DNA from: Myxococcota bacterium
GTDB taxonomy: Bacteria; Myxococcota_A; SURF-8; G963663525
NCBI GenBank assembly: GCA_963676915.2
Contig: CAXXVK010000031.1
Coordinates: forward strand, 1-64,000
DNA length: 64,000 nucleotides
Direction of reading: 5' to 3'
A program made the position numbers and the translations under genes. The notes beneath the pieces are model-generated. The model saw only the letters and a list, made by a program, of their open reading frames with translations. It did no database searches and was not told the origin of the DNA. This document shows, in pieces, positions 1 through 8,875 of the stretch. Within the stretch, counting starts at the first letter, position 1, and the number at the start of each line of letters is the position of its first letter.

Positions 1-2163
1 CGTTTGACGTACGATTTGTGCAGCATCGTAGGCATCGAAAGGTTTTCTGAGGATTTTTCGAATTCCAAGGTTTCGAGCTTGTTCTTCTTTTTCCTGAGAG
101 ATCGACCCCGTACAAAGAATGATAGGAAAATCAGGGCTTTCTTGTAGTAACTGGGAGGAAAGCTCCATGCCGTTCATTCCTGGCATGGTTAGGTCTGTAA
201 GAACGAGTTTGAAGTACTGAGGTGTTTTTCGATAGAGTTCGAGCGCTTCTTGTCCATTTGTGCAGATTGTGACCGTGTATCCCAGACGTCGAAGCAATTC
301 CGACATGAAAGAGCGCATTCCCGGTTCGTCATCGACGAAAAGGATGGCTTCGTGACCGCTGGGCATGGAAAGATCTCTAGCCTCTTCCGGCAATTCCTCT
401 TGGTTGATCATGGGAAGTTTCAAAGTAAATGTCGTGCCTTGTTCCGTATGGCTTTCGACAAAAATTTCTCCCCCCAGGCTGTGAACGATGCCGTGTACAA
501 CCGATAATCCCAATCCCGTGCCTTTCCCTTTGGATTTGGTCGTAAAAAAAGGATCGAAAATATTCGGCAAAACGTCTGCTGGAATTCCTTGGCCTGTATC
601 GGTGATGCTGAGAAGACAATTGTTTGGAATGTCTGTCGTATCCGTCTTGTTTTCAGAATGTTCCTGTTTCAGGTCAATGGTGATGGCACCCTCTTTGTCT
701 CCTATTGAATGAGCGGCGTTTGTACAAAGATTCATGAGAATTTGATGGATTTCCGTAGGGTCAGCCAACACTCTGATTTCTTTCGAATATACATTTTGAT
801 GGAGTTCAATGGAAGAGGGTAGGGAAGATCGAAGAAAGTGAAATACTTCTTTGATCTGAAGATGCAGAAGTATCGGTTTCCGTTCACGGCTTTCCTGGCG
901 GCTGAAAATGAGGATCTGCTTGACCAATTCAGATGCTCTGTGAGCCGCCGATAAAATAGTTTGCAGGTCTTCCTGGCATGATTCGGTTTGATTGTCTTCG
1001 ATATCCATGAAAAGCAATTCTACATTGCCAATGATTGTTCCTAGTATGTTGTTGAAATCATGGGCGATTCCACTCGCCAACGTGCCGATGGACTCCAGCT
1101 TTTGCGATTGCTGAAGTCTTTGTTTCATGGTTTCCCGTTCTTCTTCGGCCTGCTTGAGTTTCGTGATGTCGCGACCCGAGGTAATTACGGCAGAAACTTG
1201 TCCGTCTCGATCGAATTCAGGCACCAATTGCCAGTCGACAACAATTTCATTGGGGAGAATGAACGAAATACGATGCGGTAGTTTTGTCTCGAAAACGTGG
1301 AGAATGGCATTTCCCCATGTGTTGCACAGTTCCTCGGGAAACCCCAGTTCTTCATGGGTTTTACCGAGAAAGTCCTTTGCAGGAATGCCGGTCTGGTCTT
1401 CTACGAAACGATTGACATAAAGGTGCTTCAACTCCCGATCAAATCGCATGATTACGTCAAGAGAGTTTTCCGTCAGTGCCCGGAATCTTTCCTTGCTTTC
1501 TCTCAATGCATTTTCTATTTGCACACTTTCCGTTACATCGCGAAGAATGCCAATGATTCCGACGTTTTGGTCGTTGACAATCATTTTCGAGCCGCTGATT
1601 TCACCTATAATTTCGGAGCCGTTCTCCGTAATCAAATGAATTCGGCTAAGAGAAATCGGCTGGCTTTTTTGCAAAACTTTTTTGAAGTTTTCATTGATAG
1701 AGCTTTTTTCTCTGTCCGGAAGAAAATCCATGAAGCTTTTTCCGGTCATTTTGTCCGGTGCGGTGTTCAGAACGTTTTCGGCAGATGGCGAGAGATAGGT
1801 AATGGTTCCGTTTTTGTCCAAAATGTAAATGACATCGCTGACTTGCTGGCAGATATCTTTGAAAAGCTGCTGGCTTTCAGCCAGTTTACGGTTTTGTCGA
1901 ACTTGGACGATTGTGAAGAAAAGAAACAAATACAGGAGAGGTATTGCCAGTTGAAAGTAGGTTTCGTACGATTCCAGGAAAACCACCTGTCCCGACCAGA
2001 ATAAAGTATCTCCGAAACGGTGAAAAGCCCCTGCTACCAGCAAAAAAACGAAAAACGATTTAACTTCGACCGACGGCCCTTTGCTCCAATGCGTAATCGT
2101 CAGAACAAGCGCAATGGCCAAGAACAGGAACGAAAAAGCGTCGAGAAAACTGATGAGATTCAT
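1..2163 (-). CDS. Hybrid sensor histidine kinase/response regulator (3 TM, 2 PAS, HisKA, HATPase, REC); 3' end runs off the window
   Basis: Not in the ORF track because it has no stop in the window. Manual translation from ATG 2163 gives H-box GTLASGIAHDFNNIL, N-box QILMNLCTNAAH, G-boxes DTGQGI/FDPFFTTKSKGKGTGLGLS, and receiver motifs FVDDE...LTDLTMPGMNG...KPF. Confidence 0.93.
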   Translation of the reverse strand, partial: MNLISFLDAFSFLFLAIALVLTITHWSKGPSVEVKSFFVFLLVAGAFHRFGDTLFWSGQVVFLESYETYFQLAIPLLYLFLFFTIVQVRQNRKLAESQQLFKDICQQVSDVIYILDKNGTITYLSPSAENVLNTAPDKMTGKSFMDFLPDREKSSINENFKKVLQKSQPISLSRIHLITENGSEIIGEISGSKMIVNDQNVGIIGILRDVTESVQIENALRESKERFRALTENSLDVIMRFDRELKHLYVNRFVEDQTGIPAKDFLGKTHEELGFPEELCNTWGNAILHVFETKLPHRISFILPNEIVVDWQLVPEFDRDGQVSAVITSGRDITKLKQAEEERETMKQRLQQSQKLESIGTLASGIAHDFNNILGTIIGNVELLFMDIEDNQTESCQEDLQTILSAAHRASELVKQILIFSRQESRERKPILLHLQIKEVFHFLRSSLPSSIELHQNVYSKEIRVLADPTEIHQILMNLCTNAAHSIGDKEGAITIDLKQEHSENKTDTTDIPNNCLLSITDTGQGIPADVLPNIFDPFFTTKSKGKGTGLGLSVVHGIVHSLGGEIFVESHTEQGTTFTLKLPMINQEELPEEARDLSMPSGHEAILFVDDEPGMRSFMSELLRRLGYTVTICTNGQEALELYRKTPQYFKLVLTDLTMPGMNGMELSSQLLQESPDFPIILCTGSISQEKEEQARNLGIRKILRKPFDAYDAAQIVRQT

Positions 2164-2435
2164 GGCACATTTTCCGATTTCACGAACATCAGATAGGCCA
2201 CGAGACATAAAGTCAAACTGGCAGCCAAGGCAAAAACGTGTTCGACGATGTTTAGAAAATCGTACCAGAAAACAGTTTCAAGATTGGAACTGATCCAGGA
2301 AATCATTTCGAAATGAAAGGCGAGAAGCATTAAGGCGATCGGCCTTTTTTTTCGCTCCAAATTGGCACTGATCCATACAAAAGCAAACGTTACCAAACCG
2401 AGCAGCACCAAAACGATTTCATTGGGTTCGAACAT
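2160..2435 (-). CDS. Small 3-TM membrane protein translationally coupled to the kinase
   Basis: Three hydrophobic segments (MFEPNEIVLVLLGLVTFAFVW...). Its TGA overlaps the kinase ATG (ATGA). Start could instead be TTG 2450. Confidence 0.75.
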   Translation of the reverse strand: MFEPNEIVLVLLGLVTFAFVWISANLERKKRPIALMLLAFHFEMISWISSNLETVFWYDFLNIVEHVFALAASLTLCLVAYLMFVKSENVP

Positions 2436-2549
2436 GAATGAATCTTTCAACGAGTGCTTTTTGCGTCAATACTCCCCCACTAGGATGCTCGACAACTTAC
2501 ATTTACGATATATCAGTATGGTAATTCTGTAAAGATAACAACATCTATA

Positions 2550-2568
2550 TCTGCTGAATTTCAGCAGA
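2550..2568. promoter_or_regulatory. Perfect palindrome, candidate operator
   Basis: TCTGCTGAA-T-TTCAGCAGA in the AT-rich region upstream of the kinase operon. Confidence 0.35.
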
Positions 2569-2661
2569 CAGCGATACGATTCCTAAATGAACCAAACACT
2601 TAGGTAAGCCGTCTAATAATTAGGTGATTGTAATGAATCGTGAAAGATCAAATGGTCGATG

Positions 2662-3657
2662 TCAGACCAGAAACAGGCTGGCGACAGCAGCGCACATTAC
2701 CGGGACGGTGAAGTTGTCGTCCAGGTGCACGGTAAACAGTTCGGTCAAAGCTCCGACAAGACCGACACTTCCGGCGATTCCCAAAGCGGGAAGCCACGCG
2801 ATGTCGGGACGGGCAATGGCGAGGAAAATGAAAATTGCTAGAGTTGCGACGGTGAAAAAGACGCTTGTTCCGAAACGGCTTTTGTCCCGGTACAGCTTCT
2901 TTTTACCGAATTGTTTACCCAGCATGGAGGCGGCGGGGTCGGCAAAGGTGAGTACAAGAACACCTGCTTCGACAGCGTGCTTGGGAAACAGCAATAGAAT
3001 CATTGCCAGTCCAAGCAAGTAATACGTAGATCCGTTGACTTTGTGCATTTCGAAAGGTCGCGAAACCATTCCGAAAACCTTGTTGACCAGGAAATCGTTC
3101 CAGCGATCCGAAAAACGGCGGCTGACTTCAAGAGACACCGCCAGTGTCAACATGCACAGAACGGCAATTAAGGACCAGAACTCTCCGAAAATGAATTCAT
3201 ACGTAATGATGGCAAGGATGCCGTTGCCGATGTGAAAGAGATTGCGTTTGTAGTTGATCGGCTTGAGGTGTTGCATGGAATCGGGCTTCCAGGCCGCGAT
3301 ATCTTTGCTAAGTCCTCGCAAGTACTGAAAAAGATCCTCATAGTTCGATTCGAGGGACTGGTAAAGCGTCTGTAGACGAGTCGTGCTTGTTTCCTGGGAA
3401 AGTTCTTTGGAATAATTTCGCAATGTATCGGCGATTTCGTCCAAAGAATCAGACCATGCCTCTCTTTTTTGCTCAAACGATGCTCGCAACTCATCGATGC
3501 GAGTCTGGATGTCGAGGCACGTTTCGTGCATTTTCGTCGTCCAGGATTCATCGAACAGTTTCGGTCGCTGGACGGTGGAAACGAACTCGTGAAGTTCGTC
3601 CATAATACGTTCGATTTCTTCGTAAAAGCTTCGTTCGACGGTCAGAGCTGCTTCCAT
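2662..3657 (-). CDS. CTP-dependent lipid kinase (phytol/dolichol/DAG kinase, CTP_transf_1-like) with an N-terminal coiled coil
   Basis: Motifs RNLFH, STYY, FADPAASMLGKQFG..K....KSRFGT and LDDNFTVP; multiple TM helices; about 135-aa helical N-terminus. Confidence 0.8.
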   Translation of the reverse strand: MEAALTVERSFYEEIERIMDELHEFVSTVQRPKLFDESWTTKMHETCLDIQTRIDELRASFEQKREAWSDSLDEIADTLRNYSKELSQETSTTRLQTLYQSLESNYEDLFQYLRGLSKDIAAWKPDSMQHLKPINYKRNLFHIGNGILAIITYEFIFGEFWSLIAVLCMLTLAVSLEVSRRFSDRWNDFLVNKVFGMVSRPFEMHKVNGSTYYLLGLAMILLLFPKHAVEAGVLVLTFADPAASMLGKQFGKKKLYRDKSRFGTSVFFTVATLAIFIFLAIARPDIAWLPALGIAGSVGLVGALTELFTVHLDDNFTVPVMCAAVASLFLV

Positions 3658-3830
3658 GGTGTTCCTTCGAAAAACGCTTGTCTCGGTAAGATGCCGAAAA
3701 CGATGATGTTTTTTTGAAGCATCGAATACGATGCAAGTGACTCCCAAAAACAAAACTATTCAAACCCATGAATTTACTAAGCGACCTAACATTATGCGTG
3801 TTCTTCAGCTAAGAGCAACAATTTCTTCCA

Positions 3831-3850
3831 TTTTTACATCCTTTTTACAT
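3831..3850. promoter_or_regulatory. Direct repeat TTTTTACAT x2, 11-bp period; candidate winged-helix regulator site
   Basis: TTTTTACAT-CC-TTTTTACAT in the divergent promoter region between the lipid kinase and DUF2804 genes. Confidence 0.3.
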
Positions 3851-3894
3851 ATACTTTTTTCCCCATTGCCTTACCATGGCATAGATCAGAAAAA

Positions 3895-4989
3895 ATGATG
3901 CACGAATCGAAACGGTTGAAATATCAACGTACGAAGGAGGAAATCGTGGCGAAATCCCAGAACCTGATTACCGAACGCGGTCCGCTGCTGGATACTGACG
4001 GGCGACTCGTCCAGAAAGGCTATGCCACCTCCTGCGTGTTGGAGTACAACCCGGAGTCCATTCGCCTGACGCCGTTTCGATGGTTTGACCGTCTTCGGCT
4101 GAAAGAATGGGATTATTACGGGACGACCACCAAGAATTTCTTCTTTTCGGCCTGCGTCGCCAATATCGGATATATGGGGTTGGTTTTTGCGTATTTCGTC
4201 GATTTCAAAACGAAAAAAGTAGTTGAGAAAACGCTTCCTACGCCCTTGGGATTTGGTTGTTCGTTGCCAAAAACCAGCGAAACCGGCGATGTGTATTTCA
4301 ATCATCTCGGTGTGAAAATGGATTTCCAGCGTCGTGAAGGTCGGCGGGAATTGCACGTCGAATGGAAACGTTTTCACGAAGGAAAGACATTGAAAGCGGA
4401 TCTCGAATTGCTACAACCCGAAGGTAAAAACTCCATCGTGATGGTAACGCCGATCGAGGACAAACGGTTCTATTACAATAATAAAATCAACTGCATGGCA
4501 ACGACCGGAATGGTGAGTTTCGGAAACGATCGGTATGAATTGACACCGGAGACGGCGCAAACCACCCTCGATTGGGGGCGCGGTGTCTGGGAATATAGCA
4601 CCTTCTGGAACTGGGCCAGCGCGTCCGGTTGGTTGCCGGATGGTCGGGTGCTAGGGTTGAATCTAGGCAAAGGTTTCGGTGATTTGAGTCATGCTTCCGA
4701 GAATACGTTTTATCTTGATGGGAAAATGAACAAACTCGGGTGGCTGGAACTTAAGTATGACAGTACCGATTACATGAAGCCCTGGACGTTCAAAACCGAT
4801 GACGGACGGCTGGATCTGGTGTTGGAACCCTTCGTGGACCGTCCCACCTTCGTAAACCTGGGATTCGCCAAAGCCGAGGGGCATCAGATGTTCGGTAAGT
4901 ATTCCGGTACGTTGATCACGGATAGCGGAGAAACGCTAGAGGTAAAAGACCTGATCGGCTGGGCGGAAGAACACGTCGCACGCTGGTAA
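3895..4989 (+). CDS. DUF2804 family protein
   Basis: RLKEWDYY, FYYNNKINCM, LDWGRGVWEYSTFWNWASASG, GLNLG, SEN, HQMFGKYSG, GWAEEHVARW. Confidence 0.85.
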   Translation: MMHESKRLKYQRTKEEIVAKSQNLITERGPLLDTDGRLVQKGYATSCVLEYNPESIRLTPFRWFDRLRLKEWDYYGTTTKNFFFSACVANIGYMGLVFAYFVDFKTKKVVEKTLPTPLGFGCSLPKTSETGDVYFNHLGVKMDFQRREGRRELHVEWKRFHEGKTLKADLELLQPEGKNSIVMVTPIEDKRFYYNNKINCMATTGMVSFGNDRYELTPETAQTTLDWGRGVWEYSTFWNWASASGWLPDGRVLGLNLGKGFGDLSHASENTFYLDGKMNKLGWLELKYDSTDYMKPWTFKTDDGRLDLVLEPFVDRPTFVNLGFAKAEGHQMFGKYSGTLITDSGETLEVKDLIGWAEEHVARW

Positions 4990-5133
4990 GTTCCGAAATG
5001 TCCTATCTTGTCGTTTTTTTTGAAAAAAATTGACGAGTTTCCGCATCTTCGAATATAGTTTTCTCAAGCATGGAAAGGTCCAATCCCGGTTGCCGTAAAA
5101 ACACCGGGAAAACAACAAAACCGGAGACGTAGT

Positions 5134-5991
5134 ATGAGTCCAGGCAAAGGGTTGTTGTGTGGGCGATTGTATCCGATATCGGGTATTGTCGTCGGGATGA
5201 GTTTGTTTGTCCTGATTCTGTCGTGGGGCTGTTCCGACAGCAGCGATGAATCCTCGGGTGGAAAGGATATCGAGGGGCAACCCGCGACGGATTTCTGCGG
5301 CGAGGACGCACCGACACCACCGGAGGAATGTTCCAGTTGCCATGGTGCGCCGCCCACGGATAACGGCCATGTTCAGAACAAACGCTGCTACCGTTGCCAC
5401 GGAATCGTAGTGGACGAAAATTACGAGTTCGTGGACGAAACCAAGCACACCGACCAGAAGACCGATGCCGCCGTCGGTTGTAGTTCTTGCCACGGTTGGA
5501 CGTTGGGCGTTTCACCGCCCGAAAACCTCGAAGGTCATTGCGAAGATGGCACGTTGGGTATAGGAACCCACGCCGCGATGCGACGCGTTGCCATTCCCGC
5601 TCATAAAACCGCTTGTACGAACTGCCATACGGTTCCACTCTCGACGGATGACGAAGGGCACATCGACGGCGACAACGTGGCCGAAGTGAAATTCAAATTC
5701 CTCGCGACGGCGAACGGTGCAGAGCCAGTGTGGAACGGCAAAACCTGCTCGAACGTCTATTGCCACGGTGGAACGCTGGAAGGTGGGTTCCTGAAAGAAC
5801 CGAACTGGTACGATGTTTCGGGAGAACCGAGCCATTGCGGCGCCTGTCACCGGTTAACCGATCCTTCGGGCAACGTCGATGCCGATTGCAATTCCTGCCA
5901 TCCGACATCCGTGACGGCCAACAAGGAAATCATTCCCAACGGAACCCATATCAACGGCACGATCGACATGCCGGAAGGAGAAAGCAAATGA
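5134..5991 (+). CDS. Multiheme (7) c-type cytochrome lipoprotein with CxxxxCH/CxxCH domain
   Basis: Lipobox LSWGC; six CxxCH motifs (CSSCH, CYRCH, CSSCH, CTNCH, CGACH, CNSCH) plus CSNVYCH. Confidence 0.9.
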   Translation: MSPGKGLLCGRLYPISGIVVGMSLFVLILSWGCSDSSDESSGGKDIEGQPATDFCGEDAPTPPEECSSCHGAPPTDNGHVQNKRCYRCHGIVVDENYEFVDETKHTDQKTDAAVGCSSCHGWTLGVSPPENLEGHCEDGTLGIGTHAAMRRVAIPAHKTACTNCHTVPLSTDDEGHIDGDNVAEVKFKFLATANGAEPVWNGKTCSNVYCHGGTLEGGFLKEPNWYDVSGEPSHCGACHRLTDPSGNVDADCNSCHPTSVTANKEIIPNGTHINGTIDMPEGESK

Positions 5992-6599
5992 ACCGACGCG
6001 ATTTTGTAATTGCCTCCTCCGCTGCACTTTTCGGGGCGATGATGGGAGTTCCCGGAAGTCGAATCGGATTCGCCAAAGCAAGCGAGATCGTCCAGCGCCT
6101 CAAAGACAATCCTTTAGGGCTGGAATTACCCGATCCATTGCCTGAAATTACCGCCGCCGTGGACACGCTTGTGCCTGCCGACCCGGATATTCCCGGTGAT
6201 TTCAAGGGTTCCGACTACAATGGCGACCGTGTGGTGGCCTATGTCCTCGGAGATATGGGGCAGGCTTCCGCCGTCGGATTTCTCAACAAATACGCGAAAG
6301 AGACGGCCTCGAAAGATTTCATCGACTGCAACGATGACGAACGCCTGGGGACGCTCCAAGCCATTGTTTTAGCTCGAACGGAACTCGAAGGCGACATGAA
6401 AGACCTGTTGACGGGCTTGCTTACCATCTCGATGATCGGCACGTTCGAACTCAACAACACCGAGGAACAAGCCACGCTGTTCGAGTCCATGGGTTGGTAC
6501 GATCCCGATGACCCGGCCGGAACCTTCCGTGTTCCCAACGAAGGCTACGTAGACGCCCAAATCTTTCCCGTCACTCTGAAGAAAGGTCTGTTGAAATGA
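5988..6599 (+). CDS. Tat-signal small subunit (gluconate 2-dehydrogenase subunit 3-like)
   Basis: MNRRDFVIASSAALFGAM twin-arginine signal; AVDTLVP and MGW..P motifs; ATGA overlaps with both neighbours. Confidence 0.75.
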   Translation: MNRRDFVIASSAALFGAMMGVPGSRIGFAKASEIVQRLKDNPLGLELPDPLPEITAAVDTLVPADPDIPGDFKGSDYNGDRVVAYVLGDMGQASAVGFLNKYAKETASKDFIDCNDDERLGTLQAIVLARTELEGDMKDLLTGLLTISMIGTFELNNTEEQATLFESMGWYDPDDPAGTFRVPNEGYVDAQIFPVTLKKGLLK

Positions 6600-8146
6600 A
6601 ATCCTCCGAACACGCAGACGTTGTGATTATCGGCGCGGGTGCCGGTGGAGCTACGTTGGGAGCCGAACTGGCCGAAGCCGGTGCGAAAGTGGTTTTCCTG
6701 GAGGCGGGAAAAGACCTCGATATCACGTATGGTTCTCCAGACCACTTTGCCGATTCGCAGATGTTCTTCAAAACACAGATGGACGGCCTGTTCTGGCACG
6801 AACAATACACGGGGCGCAACTGGCGTACCGATATGGGAGAATGTGCCGGTGGCGGTACCACCGCCTACGCCGGAGTGCTGGAGGAATCCACCCCCAGAGA
6901 CTACATTCCGCCGTGGCCGTTCACCTTCGAAGAGTTTGAACCGTATATTGAATTGACGAAAAAGCGCTACCATGTGTATCGTTGGCCTGTCGATGAACTG
7001 AGTCATTACGCGCAGATCCTCAACGATGCTGCTGGCGGTGGGTTGGTTGCCACGGCGTCGGGATTCAACCGGGAACCTTATGTGGAATACGGCGTCTACC
7101 ACGACCGCTGCCGCCGTTGCCGCTGTTGCATTCTTGGTTGCCGGTATAATGCCAAGGCCAACGCCCTGACCATCGCGTTACCCAAAGCACGGTTTTACGG
7201 TGCGGAACTCAAACCCAACTGTTTCGTCAAAAAGCTCAATACCAACGCGGATATGACCAAAGTGGAGAGCGTCACCTACCTGCAACGGACCCAGAACGGT
7301 GCCATTCCCGGTGACGGAATCGAAGACGTGGAAGAAAAGACGATCACCGCCGACAAGTTCGTGCTGGCGGCTGGATCGATGATGACTCCGATGATTCTCC
7401 ACTGGTCCGGCCAAAACGGCGTTGCGTTGGCGAATTCTTCCGGTCAGGTCGGTAAAAACCTGCGCGGGCACTTCTTCCGGGCGACCTATGGCGTTTTGGA
7501 TCGCAAGGACGTTCGGACCTACCAAGGAAACCTTGTTGAACTTAACGACGGCTACCAGAACTTCGACAAAGGCTATCTGCTGGAATTCAACATGGTGGCC
7601 CCACCGACGTACATGGGTGGTATGGTCGAAGTGATGCAGACCGAGGATCTGGTCAACATGATCGGCTTGCCGTTCAAAAAGCTGATGCGCGATTACAGCC
7701 GCCTGGTGGTTTCTGCACCCCTGGTGCGAAGCTACGACGAAGGCTTTACCGAAAATTCCGTGTTGCCTCATCCGGACGGGAAAACGAATCGTTACGACCT
7801 GCCTTTGCCACATGTCGAGTTCGAGCCGAATGCTCAGGAATCTCAATGGGTTGAAGCTGCCATGTTGCACGCCAAAGAGATCATGCTCAAAGCGGGAGCC
7901 GATCCGGACCGGCTGCTCAACGGTGGCATAGACGTGGTGCATAAGGTTGGAACTTGCCGTATGGGTTCGGACCCGACCAACAGCGTCACGGATTTGGGTG
8001 GAAAATGCCACGACGTGGACAACCTGTGGATCTCCGACGGCAGTCGTTTCCCCGGACCGCTGCTGGCTAACTGTGCGTTTATTATCTATGCGCTGGCCTA
8101 CCAGATCGCAGATTCAATGCTGGAAAGAGAGATTCCGAAAGAATAG
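6596..8146 (+). CDS. GMC family FAD oxidoreductase (dehydrogenase large subunit) with Fe-S Cys cluster
   Basis: IIGAGAGG, GGGTT, CRRCRCCILGC, VLAAG, NSSGQVGKNL, HKVGTCRMG, NLWISDGS.FP...ANC. Confidence 0.92.
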   Translation: MKSSEHADVVIIGAGAGGATLGAELAEAGAKVVFLEAGKDLDITYGSPDHFADSQMFFKTQMDGLFWHEQYTGRNWRTDMGECAGGGTTAYAGVLEESTPRDYIPPWPFTFEEFEPYIELTKKRYHVYRWPVDELSHYAQILNDAAGGGLVATASGFNREPYVEYGVYHDRCRRCRCCILGCRYNAKANALTIALPKARFYGAELKPNCFVKKLNTNADMTKVESVTYLQRTQNGAIPGDGIEDVEEKTITADKFVLAAGSMMTPMILHWSGQNGVALANSSGQVGKNLRGHFFRATYGVLDRKDVRTYQGNLVELNDGYQNFDKGYLLEFNMVAPPTYMGGMVEVMQTEDLVNMIGLPFKKLMRDYSRLVVSAPLVRSYDEGFTENSVLPHPDGKTNRYDLPLPHVEFEPNAQESQWVEAAMLHAKEIMLKAGADPDRLLNGGIDVVHKVGTCRMGSDPTNSVTDLGGKCHDVDNLWISDGSRFPGPLLANCAFIIYALAYQIADSMLEREIPKE

Positions 8147-8166
8147 AAATTACAAAGAGTTAGAAT

Positions 8167-8199
8167 AAAAAAGCCCCCGTGAGAACGGGGGCTTTTTTT
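8167..8199. terminator. Bidirectional intrinsic terminator
   Basis: AAAAAAGCCCCCGT-GAGA-ACGGGGGCTTTTTTT between convergent genes. Confidence 0.9.
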
Positions 8200-8223
8200 G
8201 TGTCGGAAAACAAGAATCTTGTC

Positions 8224-8532
8224 TTATTCGCCTTTGACGACCGTGCAGTATTTGCCATACACGAGGACGGCGAAGGATTCGTGGTCCACGCTGGCGACCT
8301 TTTTGATGGAGCCGTCTTTTTTGGCGGCTTCGATGCTGGCGTCACCCCAGGTGATGATGCCGAGCACGGACTGCGCACAAGCCTGGCCTTCTTTGGCCGG
8401 TTGAATGTCGGAATTCTCGAAAGAACCGGCCTTCATTCCGGTGTAGATGGTACCCGGCATCGGAGCGACCATGGCGCAGGACGACATCAGGAAAGTCGCG
8501 AGAATGGCAAACAAAATAGCGGTTTTCTTCAT
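8224..8532 (-). CDS. TRL-like family lipoprotein
   Basis: Lipobox LMSSC; KEGQACAQSVLGIITWGDASIEAAKKDGSIKKVASVDH...YCTVVKGE; strong SD AAGGAG. Confidence 0.85.
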   Translation of the reverse strand: MKKTAILFAILATFLMSSCAMVAPMPGTIYTGMKAGSFENSDIQPAKEGQACAQSVLGIITWGDASIEAAKKDGSIKKVASVDHESFAVLVYGKYCTVVKGE

Positions 8533-8875
8533 AACTGTTTCTCCTTTTTAGAGGTGGGCTACTACAGTTTCTCCGATTGATTTGGAAGAAACCGAAAACA
8601 TCGGTAGGTTCATAAACTATTATTCCTCGTCCATGCAGGCCGAATGACATGGAGTCGGGATTTCAGGAAAGACCGATAGATCTTTCCGTTAATTCGCGAG
8701 GCACCCTAGCACAGTTTCGTTTGAATTTGTCACTTTTTTAGTATGTTTTTTTCTCATTTCATCAATGAATGAAGTTCATTTGTCGAAACACGCTATGGAT
8801 CAATTTTTAAGATGACAAGCATCATGATTCAAGTGATCGAATAACGTATTTTTTAATACCGCGCGAAGAGGTACG

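Noticed and set aside
250-2293. Plus-strand ORFs of 63-235 aa in the ORF track
   Set aside because: They are antisense shadows of the long minus-strand hybrid kinase, which the track omits.
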